DNA of 64,000 nt from positions 33,596-97,595 of the forward strand of contig CAVXUZ010000005.1 in NCBI GenBank assembly GCA_963765125.1, given 5' to 3'. The DNA is from an uncultured candidate division WWE3 bacterium (GTDB lineage Bacteria; Patescibacteriota; WWE3; UBA101185; UBA10185). Position numbers and translations under genes: made by a program. Under the pieces are notes generated by a model. The model was not told the origin of the DNA. It did not search any database and was given only the letters and a program-made list of their open reading frames with translations. Below are positions 30,184-40,271 of the stretch, one piece after another; within the stretch, counting starts at the first letter, position 1; each line of letters starts with the position of its first letter.

Positions 30184-31253
30184 TGTCAGAAAAATTAAAC
30201 GCCACACCGCTTTTAGAGAAAATATTGGACCTAAACGCGTCAGATTTACTGCTATCTGTAACAAATGTACCTATTATTAGAGTTCACGGTAAACTTCAGC
30301 AATTGCCCGGTTACGAGCCTTTAACCGCTTTAGACATTGAGTTTTTTCTTTCGCAAATACTAAAAGCAGATCAAAAGGACATTTTAGACGTTAATAAGGA
30401 GATTGATTTTTCAGTTGCGCTTGGTAATAAGGCAAGATTTAGGGTAAATGCATTTTTTCAAAAAGGCTACCCCTCAGTTGCTTTAAGAGCAATCCCCTTG
30501 CGAGTTCCGAACTTAGAAGAATTAAATTTGCCAAAAATTGTTGAACAACTAACAAATCTTAAACAGGGATTAGTGCTAGTAGTCGGTCCCACTGGTCATG
30601 GAAAGTCCACGACGATTGCTGCAATGATCGAAAAGATCAACGAAACCAGATCAGAGCATATCATCACGATAGAAGACCCAATTGAGTACATCTTTTTTAA
30701 TAAGAAATCACTCATTGAGCAGCGCGAAATGTACCTAGACACCCACTCTTGGGATGTTGCACTCAAATCAGTTTTACGCCAAGATCCAAATATTGTTATG
30801 GTTGGTGAGATGCGAGATACGCAGACGATGTCTGCAGTTTTGCAGATTTCTGAAACAGGCCATTTGGTTTTTGCTACACTCCACACAAATTCAGCTGCGC
30901 AGACAATTGAAAGAATCATTGTCTCCTTCCCAGAAAGTAAGCAAGGTCAGGTTAGACAGCAGTTATCACAGGTTATTGAGGCCGTAGTCTCTCAAAGGTT
31001 AGTGCAGGCAAAAGGTGGAGGTTTAATACCTGCGGTTGAAATATTACTTTCGACCGGAGCTGTGAGAAACTTGATACGAGAAGGTAAAACCCACATGATA
31101 GACAACGTAATTAGCACAAGTTTAGGTATAGGCATGATAGACCTAGACCACAGCCTTGCAGAGCTGGCGATGCAAAACAAAGTAGATATTGAAGAGGCGA
31201 TGAAATATTCACTCAAACCAGATAATTTAAGGACTGCTCTCAAGCAGAAATAA
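30183..31253 (+). CDS. pilT: Type IV pilus retraction ATPase PilT
   Basis: GPTGHGKSTT, TIEDPIE, LRQDPN, TLHTN, AVRNLIRE (AIRNLIRE motif). Confidence 0.93.
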   Translation: MSEKLNATPLLEKILDLNASDLLLSVTNVPIIRVHGKLQQLPGYEPLTALDIEFFLSQILKADQKDILDVNKEIDFSVALGNKARFRVNAFFQKGYPSVALRAIPLRVPNLEELNLPKIVEQLTNLKQGLVLVVGPTGHGKSTTIAAMIEKINETRSEHIITIEDPIEYIFFNKKSLIEQREMYLDTHSWDVALKSVLRQDPNIVMVGEMRDTQTMSAVLQISETGHLVFATLHTNSAAQTIERIIVSFPESKQGQVRQQLSQVIEAVVSQRLVQAKGGGLIPAVEILLSTGAVRNLIREGKTHMIDNVISTSLGIGMIDLDHSLAELAMQNKVDIEEAMKYSLKPDNLRTALKQK

Positions 31254-31255
31254 AT

Positions 31256-32458
31256 ATGCCAGTTTACGCTTACACTGCCTCAGATACTGCCGGTAATAAA
31301 AGAACAGGTGCAGTTGACGCGCGAAACAGAGAGTTTGCCGTTGGTCTGCTTAAAAACCAAGGTTTATACGTTATTGAACTGCACGAAAAACATGATTCTT
31401 TGATTGATAAACTAGGTCTTTTTGGTAATGTTCCTGAAGGTGAAGTTGTAGCTTTCACAAGACAATTTTCAACAATGATCAGCGCAGGGCTGCCAATTTC
31501 ACGTGCGTTAGACGTTCTATCTTCACAATCAACAAGTAAAGCTCTGAGAAAAGTATTAATCGATGTTTTAAGAGATATTGAAGGCGGTTCTTCACTCTCG
31601 ATGGCGCTTGGTAGATACCCAGACGCGTTTCCTGCTACGTATCAAGCTTTAGTTCGCGCAGGCGAAGCATCCGGTAAGCTCGACGATATTTTAAAACGAC
31701 TCGCTACAACATTAGAAAAACAAAGGGAGCTAAACTCTAGTTTCAAATCGGCGATGATTTATCCGACAATTGTTTTCTTTGCCATGATAGGTGTTTTTGT
31801 GTTAATGATGATATTTGTTATACCAAAACTCGCAGATATGTATGAAAGTTTAAACGTTGAGTTGCCCGCAACAACCCAGATGATGATAGATACTTCAAAC
31901 TTCATTGTAAACAATATCGTAGTTATGATTATTTTATCTCTCGGAGGCATAATCGCCTTAAGATCATTTTTGAAAACAGAAACCGGCCACGAGTTAGTCG
32001 CAGAAATTACATTTAAACTACCAGTTTTTGGAAAAATAAATAAGCAAAAAGAAGTTACAGATTTTACAAGGACGTTAGGTTTGTTAATCGCATCTGCTAT
32101 ACCAATTGTTGAGGCATTAAATATCACTGCTGGTGTTATGAAAAATAAATTTTATCGCGAGGCGGCAATAAACGCAGCGGCTGCTGTTGAAAAAGGTAAC
32201 AAACTTTCGGATTACATCAGATCAAATTCAGTTTTTCCTCCCCTACTCGGGCAAATGACTAGTGTTGGTGAAGAGACGGGGCAACTCGACGAAGTATTAG
32301 ACAGAGTTGCAAACTATTTAGAGGGTGAAGTTGACCACGCAGTAAAAGGGCTATCTTCTGCACTAGAACCAATAATTTTGTTAATGCTGGGCGGGATGGT
32401 TGGGTTCTTGATTATCTCGATTATTACACCGATTTATAAGATTACGAGTGCGCTGTAA
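31256..32458 (+). CDS. pilC: Type IV pilus platform protein PilC (GspF family)
   Basis: Two GspF domains (AGEASGKLD; VGEETGQLD), AMIYP, LEP. Confidence 0.93.
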   Translation: MPVYAYTASDTAGNKRTGAVDARNREFAVGLLKNQGLYVIELHEKHDSLIDKLGLFGNVPEGEVVAFTRQFSTMISAGLPISRALDVLSSQSTSKALRKVLIDVLRDIEGGSSLSMALGRYPDAFPATYQALVRAGEASGKLDDILKRLATTLEKQRELNSSFKSAMIYPTIVFFAMIGVFVLMMIFVIPKLADMYESLNVELPATTQMMIDTSNFIVNNIVVMIILSLGGIIALRSFLKTETGHELVAEITFKLPVFGKINKQKEVTDFTRTLGLLIASAIPIVEALNITAGVMKNKFYREAAINAAAAVEKGNKLSDYIRSNSVFPPLLGQMTSVGEETGQLDEVLDRVANYLEGEVDHAVKGLSSALEPIILLMLGGMVGFLIISIITPIYKITSAL

Positions 32459-32598
32459 AAAACCAATTATTAGGTTGGTGATTGCAACAACAGTAATTGT
32501 TAGCTTTGCTAATTGGATATAAATCTGTTTAGAATTAATAAGTTGAACGTAATTATTTATTATAAAAATATAATTTTGAAAGGGGGTGTATTAGAACA

Positions 32599-33096
32599 AT
32601 GAGAAATCAAAAAGGTTTTACGCTAGTTGAGCTCTTGGTCGTTATCGCAATTGTCGGTATTTTAGCCGGTGTTGTATTGATCGCAATTAATCCTGCCACA
32701 TTATTGGCAAAAGCGAGAGATTCACAGAGATTGCAAGATATAGATACCATCAACAAGGCAATCGGTTTAGCATTAGCAGACAACGAGGTTACACTCGGTG
32801 CAACTGGTACATGTGCCACCTGCGACAGTTTATCAGGTTCACAGACAGTTGAGGGTGCAAACGGTTGGGTAAAGTTCACAATTCCTACAGGAAAGACTGG
32901 ACTTAGCAAATATATCGCCGCACTTCCTGTTGATCCTACAAACACAGGAGCGTTGGTTTATACATTTGCATCAACTGCAACAGCTTATGAGTTGAATGCA
33001 GTACTTGAGAATGTAGATAACGTAGCAAAAATGACTACAGATGGTGGCGACGACGCCGCAGTTTTCGAAGTGGGAACAAATCTTACTATCCTCTAA
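32599..33096 (+). CDS. pilA: Probable major type IV pilin
   Basis: KG|FTLVELLVVIAIVGILA; G-rich SD; strong terminator downstream; between pilC and pilD. Confidence 0.85.
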   Translation: MRNQKGFTLVELLVVIAIVGILAGVVLIAINPATLLAKARDSQRLQDIDTINKAIGLALADNEVTLGATGTCATCDSLSGSQTVEGANGWVKFTIPTGKTGLSKYIAALPVDPTNTGALVYTFASTATAYELNAVLENVDNVAKMTTDGGDDAAVFEVGTNLTIL

Positions 33097-33152
33097 TCAC
33101 CTGTCTAAGATTGGATGATAGTAACGCCCATGTGCACATGATAGCGTTACGT

Positions 33153-33180
33153 GAAAAGCCCTCCTAATCGAGGGCTTTTC
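33153..33180 (+). terminator. Bidirectional-type terminator after the pilin
   Basis: GAAAAGCCCTC-ctaatc-GAGGGCTTTTC. Confidence 0.8.
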
Positions 33181-33212
33181 TAACTTTAGAAATATGCTAA
33201 ACTTACTAAGGT

Positions 33213-34097
33213 ATGTTGCAACAAGTATTGTTATACATTTTGGTTTTTGTCTCAGGTCTATTTTTTGGATCATTTTTAAATCTCGTTTCTGATCGAGTAA
33301 CTAAAGGTAAATCAGTTTTATTTGGTAGATCACAATGCGACCATTGTAAAAAACCACTTGGTGCAAAAAATCTTATTCCTGTTGTTTCGTATATTTTACA
33401 AAGAGGAAAGTGTGCAAAGTGCCACAAGAAAATTTCATTTTACTATCCATTTTCAGAAATTCTTACCGGTTTAGCATTTGTTGGTGCTGCAGTTTCAGCA
33501 AGAATCACAGTTTTAGTTAACGTTTCAACAATATTTACATTCATATATCTTCTTGGTGTTGCTAGCTTTTTTATCATCTTGCTTTTAACAGATATGAAAG
33601 AAAGAGTAATCCCAAATAAAATTATTTACCCAGCAATTATTTTTGTTTTCTCATTTTTAATATTAAGCGCAGTAATTTATTTCTACATGTATTACATCCA
33701 ACTTAAAGCTGACACGTTTGGTCAATATTTACTCGACGCTGGAATTATGAAAGTACAAATCTTAAACTCATTAGTCTCTCTGGGAATTTTGATTTTAAGT
33801 TCCCTGGTTATTTCTGCATTCTTTGCGTTTTTAGTTTGGATAACAAAGGGCAGAGGTATGGGAGCTGGCGACATTAGACTCGGATTTTTAATTGGGTTGT
33901 TTAACGGCTATCCATTTAACTTTATCGCAATATTTTTAGGATTTGTCTTGGGAGCCCTAGTAAGTTTGGTTCTAGTTGTTTTAAAGAAAAAGACGATGAA
34001 AGACACAATTGCATTTGGGCCATTTTTAATCTTAGGGAGTGTTGTAGCAATGATCTGGGGAAGCCTAATTTTACAGTGGTATACAAACCTTCTCTAA
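33213..34097 (+). CDS. pilD: Prepilin peptidase
   Basis: GSFLN, RSQCDHC...GKCAKC, catalytic Asp motifs (TDMKE, MGAGD), FGPFL. Confidence 0.93.
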   Translation: MLQQVLLYILVFVSGLFFGSFLNLVSDRVTKGKSVLFGRSQCDHCKKPLGAKNLIPVVSYILQRGKCAKCHKKISFYYPFSEILTGLAFVGAAVSARITVLVNVSTIFTFIYLLGVASFFIILLLTDMKERVIPNKIIYPAIIFVFSFLILSAVIYFYMYYIQLKADTFGQYLLDAGIMKVQILNSLVSLGILILSSLVISAFFAFLVWITKGRGMGAGDIRLGFLIGLFNGYPFNFIAIFLGFVLGALVSLVLVVLKKKTMKDTIAFGPFLILGSVVAMIWGSLILQWYTNLL

Positions 34098-35200
34098 TCT
34101 TTTTTAGGTCGTTTTTTAGATAAAGTAAACCAAAACGTCGATCCCTTACCAACCCCATCAGAAAAGACTCCGATTTTTCCACCCATCGCATCAACAAAAA
34201 GTTTTACGATATAAAGACCAAGTCCCGTGCCCTCTGCTTCTGCAACAGTTTGGTAGGACGAATCTAGCCTTCCGAATTTATGAAATAGTCTTTCTAATTC
34301 ACTTTGTTTAATTCCCCTACCCGTATCAATAATCGAAATTTTTATAAAATCACCAGCGTTTCTGATATCAATTTTTATTTCTCCTTGATCGGTAAATTTC
34401 ATAGAATTTCCAACGAGATTTACCAAAATTTCTCTCAATTTCGATGTGTCGACATACGCATAGTGCTTATTATGCTCGTTTGAAATTGTAAGCTTTAAAC
34501 CTTTTTCGTCTGCTTTAACTTTAAAATCAGAAACAAGTTCTGCAACAGTGTCTACGAGTTCGACGCGGTTAATTACTACGTGAAGTGCGTTTTGTTCAAT
34601 TCGCGAAACACTCAAAATATCGTTGATAAGTTCGATCATTCTCTCGGTACTTAAAATCGCTTTTTTAATATACTCTTTTTGTTTATCGGTAAGAGTTCCG
34701 TGTTTTTCAGAACTAATCATCCACAAATAACTTTTAATAATTGTCATTGGAGTGCGCAGCTCGTGTGAGGCAACAGACAAAAACTCATCTTTGGTTCGTT
34801 CAAGTTCTTTGATTTTTGTAATATCAGATATTGTGATTAGGCTTTCCTCTTGCCCCTCACCAAGTTCAATAACTGCAGTCTTTACCTCTACTCGATATTT
34901 ATTGCCTTTTGCTAAAAGGATGATGTCTGCAATATGACTATGTTTTGAACTTTTCTTAAAGCAAAAGCTTTCTGGGCTTACCGGAGAATTATCAGTTGAA
35001 TAAAGCTCTAATAAGTCGTGAACTCCAGCTCCGATGGCGTTTTCTTTTTTTACACCGAATTGCTCCTCAGCAGCTTTATTGAAAAGAGTAATTTTATAAT
35101 GTTTATTTACAGCAAGAATTGATTTTGAGATAGCATCAATAATTTGCTCAATACTTGCCTTGTGAGAATTATTTTTGGTCAAACTTTCAATATTGGGCAT
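34094..35200 (-). CDS. Cytoplasmic PAS-domain histidine kinase
   Basis: PAS (FNKAAE..FG), H-box SHELRTP, N box, DTGRG, GTGLGL; no TM; probable start ATG 35200. Confidence 0.9.
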   Translation of the reverse strand: MPNIESLTKNNSHKASIEQIIDAISKSILAVNKHYKITLFNKAAEEQFGVKKENAIGAGVHDLLELYSTDNSPVSPESFCFKKSSKHSHIADIILLAKGNKYRVEVKTAVIELGEGQEESLITISDITKIKELERTKDEFLSVASHELRTPMTIIKSYLWMISSEKHGTLTDKQKEYIKKAILSTERMIELINDILSVSRIEQNALHVVINRVELVDTVAELVSDFKVKADEKGLKLTISNEHNKHYAYVDTSKLREILVNLVGNSMKFTDQGEIKIDIRNAGDFIKISIIDTGRGIKQSELERLFHKFGRLDSSYQTVAEAEGTGLGLYIVKLFVDAMGGKIGVFSDGVGKGSTFWFTLSKKRPKKD

Positions 35201-35248
35201 TAAAACTATTTTACACAAAAAAATATTTTGGTATATACTAGAAATACT

Positions 35249-35635
35249 ATGGAAGAAAACATTACAAAGAAAAAAACCGTACTTTTAGTTGAGGACGAAG
35301 TAGATTTAGTAGATTTATACACAGAAATATTAAACGAAGCGGGTTACGATGTACTCCCCTCTTATGACGGTGAAGATGGAATTTATAAAGTAAAAAATGA
35401 AAAATGGGATTTGTTACTTTTAGATATTATGCTCCCAGAAAAAGATGGTATGGCTGTACTTGAAGAAATGCAAAAAACTGAGGCCTCAAAAAAGGGACCG
35501 GTGGTGCTACTCACAAACCTAAACAGTGAAGATCTCATAGAACGTGCATACAAACTAGGTGCCGATGACTATTTAATCAAATCAGAAATTTCGTTAGACG
35601 ATATTGTTAAAAAAGTAAAACAGTATCTTAGTTAA
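35249..35635 (+). CDS. Single-domain response regulator
   Basis: LLVEDE, LLDIMLP, LLTN, GADDYLIK; divergent from the kinase. Confidence 0.9.
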   Translation: MEENITKKKTVLLVEDEVDLVDLYTEILNEAGYDVLPSYDGEDGIYKVKNEKWDLLLLDIMLPEKDGMAVLEEMQKTEASKKGPVVLLTNLNSEDLIERAYKLGADDYLIKSEISLDDIVKKVKQYLS

Positions 35636-36171
35636 TGTTTAAGCTTAGTAAAAAAAGAATCACAATTATTTTATTTGTTATTGTCATTTTGGCAATTACC
35701 ACAGCCGCCGTCATTTTTATACTTCCAAAGATAACAAATAAAAAAAGTGTAGTTAGAGATCAGCCAATTGCATACGAGGACACTAAAGACACAATTGTTC
35801 CCGAAGAAGCAGCAGCGTTGATAGAGTTAAATGCAATTTTAGATCCTGAAACCGACTATTGGGCAGACTGGAGCTGGCAAGCAAAATATGCAGAGTTTAT
35901 CATAAGCAATTTAAGTGTTGCTGATAATTACATTGTTGGCTACATTAGCAGACCGGTGGCGTTATCGAATAATAATGCGCAGATAGTAAAACACCCGTTA
36001 TGTGATCCTACAAAGTCGATTGCGGTTTCCAAAGATGATCCACTTAGAGGTATAAATGCAAAAGGCTTTGAATTTATGCAACGTGCAAGCTCTGGAGATA
36101 TTTTCTACACCAATTGTTTAGACGAGGAGTGTTTTAACATTGGCAATAACTGTGTCTTAGTAGAATTTTAA
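35635..36171 (+). CDS. Membrane-anchored Cys-motif protein, family A copy 1
   Basis: N-terminal TM; YWADWSW; C-terminal GDIFYTNCLDEECFNIGNNCVL. Confidence 0.8.
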   Translation: MFKLSKKRITIILFVIVILAITTAAVIFILPKITNKKSVVRDQPIAYEDTKDTIVPEEAAALIELNAILDPETDYWADWSWQAKYAEFIISNLSVADNYIVGYISRPVALSNNNAQIVKHPLCDPTKSIAVSKDDPLRGINAKGFEFMQRASSGDIFYTNCLDEECFNIGNNCVLVEF

Positions 36172-36173
36172 AA

Positions 36174-36749
36174 ATGAAAAAATTAATAAACAAAAAAATA
36201 TTACGAATCTTATTAATAATACTTGGCGTTATATTGCTGGGCTTTATAGTTAGCCCATTTATTTTTAGTAAACGAGTAGAAATTAATGAGTTTGACCAGA
36301 TTTATATAAAGAGTAATAGATTTGTTTTACCTAAATTAATTTCAATAGAAAAAAGACAAGATATCGGGGTTAAAGAGGCAGGTTTAATCAAAACCGAAAT
36401 TATCTCTCCTGAGGGTAAAACTGGTATTAACGAACTTTCTTATTGGGATACGTGGACTTGGAACACAAAATTGGTAAAACTAGAAATCTTAAGAGTTTCT
36501 GTTGAAAGCGGTAATGTTTACGCAAGTCTATTACTTCCTGCCGAGTCGAGTGGGTTGTCACCAGAAAAAGAGTACGAAATCAAATGCAGTGTTGATGAAA
36601 CATCTGTTATTTATTTTCGTGATCCAGCTAATCGCAACGATGAGTATAAACCAGCGATTGAACTGTTAGCGTCCGGTGACCTGTTCTACGCATATTGTTT
36701 GGATTCTCAATGTAGTTCTCTTGGTCGACGCTGTATTATTGAGCGCTAA
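36174..36749 (+). CDS. Membrane-anchored Cys-motif protein, family A copy 2
   Basis: N-terminal TM; YWDTWTW; GDLFYAYCLDSQCSSLGRRCII. Confidence 0.8.
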   Translation: MKKLINKKILRILLIILGVILLGFIVSPFIFSKRVEINEFDQIYIKSNRFVLPKLISIEKRQDIGVKEAGLIKTEIISPEGKTGINELSYWDTWTWNTKLVKLEILRVSVESGNVYASLLLPAESSGLSPEKEYEIKCSVDETSVIYFRDPANRNDEYKPAIELLASGDLFYAYCLDSQCSSLGRRCIIER

Positions 36750-36773
36750 AAACTACCTTTAGTTTAAGGTACC

Positions 36774-36808
36774 CCATAGTTGATATTTGCCACATAATTT
36801 GAGACAAT
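36774..36808 (+). promoter_or_regulatory. Shared promoter-like motif, copy 1
   Basis: CCATAG-TTGATA-N15-GA-GACAAT. Confidence 0.55.
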
Positions 36809-36854
36809 CCAATTAAACTTAAATAACCCGAAAAAACAATAAAAAGGAGGCAAA

Positions 36855-37748
36855 ATGAAGACTAAGTTTTTTTCAGGGTCTTGGCTATTTAGCCGCACTT
36901 TAAAAACTCTAATTCTCGTACTACTTATTACGTCAGTTGTTATGACAATACTTATCGGCTGTACGCCTGCGACGTCAGTTCTAGTCGTAGAACCGATTGT
37001 AACTACAAACACACCGCTAATAGAGATTGTTGGCGAGTCGACAGCTACAGCAGTACCTACGGCTACCCTATTTCCGACCATGGTTGTTACGCCCGAGCCA
37101 ACTACAATGCCAGAAAATTTTGGGTGGCCCATCTTACAAGAAATGCCTTACGGTGAGGAACGTGCAGAGATTGAGGCTTCGCTTGCAAAGGACCCTAACC
37201 TTGTAAAAGGAACTCCCTCTGAGAATGAGCGGTTCATGATTGCTGATGTATGGGGTTTATGGCCACTTCTTTATAATCCAAACACAGGGATGTTACCTGA
37301 CTATTCAAATAAAAGTCTTCCAGATGACCTTTACAGTTATCTGAATGTTTGGTATAGAGGCAGTCATAAATTTTATGTCGACACCGGAACAAGTGGTAAC
37401 CCGGCGATGTTTGCAGAACAACTAGACGGTAATCTACCGATAATGTTTAAATACCCATTTGTGGTGTATGAATATGCAAATAGCACGTCGAGTAGTCTTT
37501 GCCAGTTTTTCGAAGCCGGAACGTTAGCCGGCTATGGATTGGGTGAAGAGACTGTCGATGGGCAGCCAAGTGACATACCAACCGGAATCGCATATCTGGT
37601 TGAAAGGTTTGGTGATTCTAAAATCATCAATGATGCAGACAGGCTGTACTGTAGTAACTTTGATCCTGTCTCAAACGACTTCTTAACCATAGCAAAGGCA
37701 AAAGGTTACGATACTATAGTTGCACAGGTTTTGGAAAAGCTCAAATAA
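36855..37748 (+). CDS. Putative lipoprotein with P/T-rich linker
   Basis: Signal ending in ILIG|C lipobox-like; strong SD GGAGG. Confidence 0.7.
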   Translation: MKTKFFSGSWLFSRTLKTLILVLLITSVVMTILIGCTPATSVLVVEPIVTTNTPLIEIVGESTATAVPTATLFPTMVVTPEPTTMPENFGWPILQEMPYGEERAEIEASLAKDPNLVKGTPSENERFMIADVWGLWPLLYNPNTGMLPDYSNKSLPDDLYSYLNVWYRGSHKFYVDTGTSGNPAMFAEQLDGNLPIMFKYPFVVYEYANSTSSSLCQFFEAGTLAGYGLGEETVDGQPSDIPTGIAYLVERFGDSKIINDADRLYCSNFDPVSNDFLTIAKAKGYDTIVAQVLEKLK

Positions 37749-37777
37749 AATAATCGAGAATTAGAAAATTATTAAGT

Positions 37778-37808
37778 AACACCCTCAGTCACTTTGAGGG
37801 TGTTTTTT
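37778..37808 (+). terminator. Intrinsic terminator
   Basis: AACACCCTCA...TGAGGGTGTT followed by T tract. Confidence 0.8.
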
Positions 37809-37847
37809 ATTGTTATTCTATAAATAATCGTTTAGTATTAATAAGTA

Positions 37848-40097
37848 GTGAACAATACTTCACCTTGCCTAAAACTTAATACCATATTATTAATCCGTTT
37901 GTTAATTTTTATTACTAGTGCTTTTTTACTTTCATTTGCTACAAAAAACGTTATTTACGCAGGCTGCGCCGCAAACGAATGTGACGGACCAGGTGAATAC
38001 GAGTGCGAGAATGGAACGATGTGCTGTACAGGCGGCGGATGTCCATCAAACAGATGTCCAGCCAACTGCACTGCTAGAATTTATTCGGGTTATTGGACGT
38101 GTAATTGTACACTATCAAGAGAGGTATGTTCCATTCCTACACCGTATGATTGTGAGCCTTGCATTACTGAAAGGGTGTGTGGACCAGAGACAACATGTGG
38201 TTATGTGAGTAGTTCAACATGTGCACAATGGGCTACCCGTTCTTACCCATGTCGACAAAAGACATGTTGGTATAATTATTGTTGGTACACTTGGGGCACA
38301 TGCAAGTCAACATACTGTGCAAGATACTATCAGGTTTGGCGCTGCTCAACCACAGACGTTTGCAAAAATGTTAAAAATTGTAGTACTTGCTACAAAAAAA
38401 ATTGCTTCATAGAGTACTACGAAGATCAAACAACCTACACCGCTAGAGGTACATGTAAATACTGTACACAGGGTGGCGGCGGGGGTGGTGGCTCTTGCAC
38501 AACTAACCCAACTGCGCCTACTTTAAATACCCCATTTGAAGGTTCGTCAATGCAAGGTAGTCTAGCAATTGATTTTAGCTGGAATGCCCCGACAAGTTGG
38601 GGGGCTAATTGTACGCCCGCAAGTTACTTTCTAATGGTTGATGACGAGAGTAGTTTTACAGACCCCCGAGTGCACAGCGTGTCGTACCCAACTTCGACTA
38701 CATCACAAACCGTTACAATGCCGGGAGAAGATACTTATTTTTGGAGAGTTCAGGCGTGTAATCAACGCGGCTGTACCTCATCTGTCACGAGGTCATTTAA
38801 CTTTAGTTGCGGTATAGCTCCTGGTAGAGCAACTAACCCATCGCCGTCAGATGGTGCGACCGACGTTACTATTGCACCAACACTATCATGGGATGGCCCA
38901 TCAGATTGGGGTTCAGCATGTGGTATGAACAACAACAATAGATTCACAGTTTACGGTCAGGTTAAAAATGGAGTATGTGAGGGTCCAGGTTCTGGCTATT
39001 CTGCAATACCTTCTTGTACAAATTTACCTGAGGGTACGACATCTTGTATAGACCCATTTTTCAACACCAGCAGTACCCCTTACTGTTGGTATGTTTCCAC
39101 AAACAACGGTACAGAGACGACGCTTTCTGCCTCTACTGCTGATGAAGTATGGGAGTTTAGAACAGAAGAGCCCATCACTTATACAAATTGGGTTACTGCA
39201 TTGTTTGGTGATTTTTATGCAGGAGGTTTAACCGAGCAATACCCAAGCACAACACGCTATGTGACGCCTTGGAATCCTCCATATGCAGCATATGAAAAAG
39301 AACCTACCTCCTCTGATGAGCCAAACGTAGCACTTATCACAAGCAATGATACGGATATAACAAATGATAATGGTGCTAATGAATACAATCCCGGATCTCA
39401 ATCAAATCTATCAGTTGAATTTGCTAACTTTGAAGAAACATGGCCTGCAAGCTACCGCGGTACTCCCCCAGCTTCAGCTATTAATTTACCTTTAAATGGA
39501 GGCTCTTGTTCAGATATCTTCACAGGTAGTACAAAGCTTGATCCTTACGAAGTATATGAAGCTGATGCAAGCTGTATGTCAGAAGCAATCAATGCAGTTG
39601 ATGGTAACCCCAATGGCTATTCACTAGCCTCAGACGGTTATACAGTTATCTTTGTTACAGGAAGCACAAACCTTGAAATAGACAGTCCATTTACCACATC
39701 AAATGATGATTACCGTGTGGTATTTGTTACTGGACCTAATGTTTCAGTACAGATAGATAGAAACTTAAAGTTAGCAACCGATCCTGATTTTAACAGTGAG
39801 CCTTTAATTGAAGCTGCCTTTATCGTTACCAAAGACTTAACCATTGAGGGTGCTGCTAACGATTCATCTATAGACCTAACTACTGATCCAGATGGTTCAA
39901 TTATGGTTGAGGGTCCACTTATCGCAAGAACAGTAAACTTTAACAGAAACAGAGGTCTAACTAATCAATATCCATCAGAGATTGTTAAATACAATCCTAA
40001 CTACATATATAACCTAACAGAACAAGAAAGAACCTCTCTAAAAAACAATGGTTCAGGCCTGTTTGTTATTGATATTACTTGGATGAATGTAGACTAG
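37848..40097 (+). CDS. Large secreted adhesin-like protein 1 (Cys-rich head, FN3/Ig-like modules, conserved C-terminal domain)
   Basis: Signal peptide, about 28 Cys before a poly-Gly linker, P..LN.P...FSW...YFWRVQA module, C-terminal IEAAFIV...VEGPLIA...PSEIVKYNP. Confidence 0.75.
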   Translation: MNNTSPCLKLNTILLIRLLIFITSAFLLSFATKNVIYAGCAANECDGPGEYECENGTMCCTGGGCPSNRCPANCTARIYSGYWTCNCTLSREVCSIPTPYDCEPCITERVCGPETTCGYVSSSTCAQWATRSYPCRQKTCWYNYCWYTWGTCKSTYCARYYQVWRCSTTDVCKNVKNCSTCYKKNCFIEYYEDQTTYTARGTCKYCTQGGGGGGGSCTTNPTAPTLNTPFEGSSMQGSLAIDFSWNAPTSWGANCTPASYFLMVDDESSFTDPRVHSVSYPTSTTSQTVTMPGEDTYFWRVQACNQRGCTSSVTRSFNFSCGIAPGRATNPSPSDGATDVTIAPTLSWDGPSDWGSACGMNNNNRFTVYGQVKNGVCEGPGSGYSAIPSCTNLPEGTTSCIDPFFNTSSTPYCWYVSTNNGTETTLSASTADEVWEFRTEEPITYTNWVTALFGDFYAGGLTEQYPSTTRYVTPWNPPYAAYEKEPTSSDEPNVALITSNDTDITNDNGANEYNPGSQSNLSVEFANFEETWPASYRGTPPASAINLPLNGGSCSDIFTGSTKLDPYEVYEADASCMSEAINAVDGNPNGYSLASDGYTVIFVTGSTNLEIDSPFTTSNDDYRVVFVTGPNVSVQIDRNLKLATDPDFNSEPLIEAAFIVTKDLTIEGAANDSSIDLTTDPDGSIMVEGPLIARTVNFNRNRGLTNQYPSEIVKYNPNYIYNLTEQERTSLKNNGSGLFVIDITWMNVD
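39267..40050 (+). repeat. 784-bp near-identical direct repeat, copy 1
   Basis: Matches 44931..45714 at constant offset 5664; only 2 adjacent substitutions noticed by eye. Confidence 0.95.
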
Positions 40098-40271
40098 CTA
40101 CTTTAAAATAGGGTTATGTTATTAAACCAATATTGAATTTTGGCCTGTTGATAAGGTAAGAAAAAGTCTTATGATATTGTTAACAAAACTAGACAGTAAA
40201 GACCCAGTAGATTGCGATCGCAAACTGTGTGCCAGTGTCTACTTAAAAAATAGAAATTTTGTAATTTAATA

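Noticed and set aside
32473-32490. Sigma54 promoter upstream of the major pilin (TGG...TTGC)
   Set aside because: Spacing between GG and GC is too short for the -24/-12 consensus.
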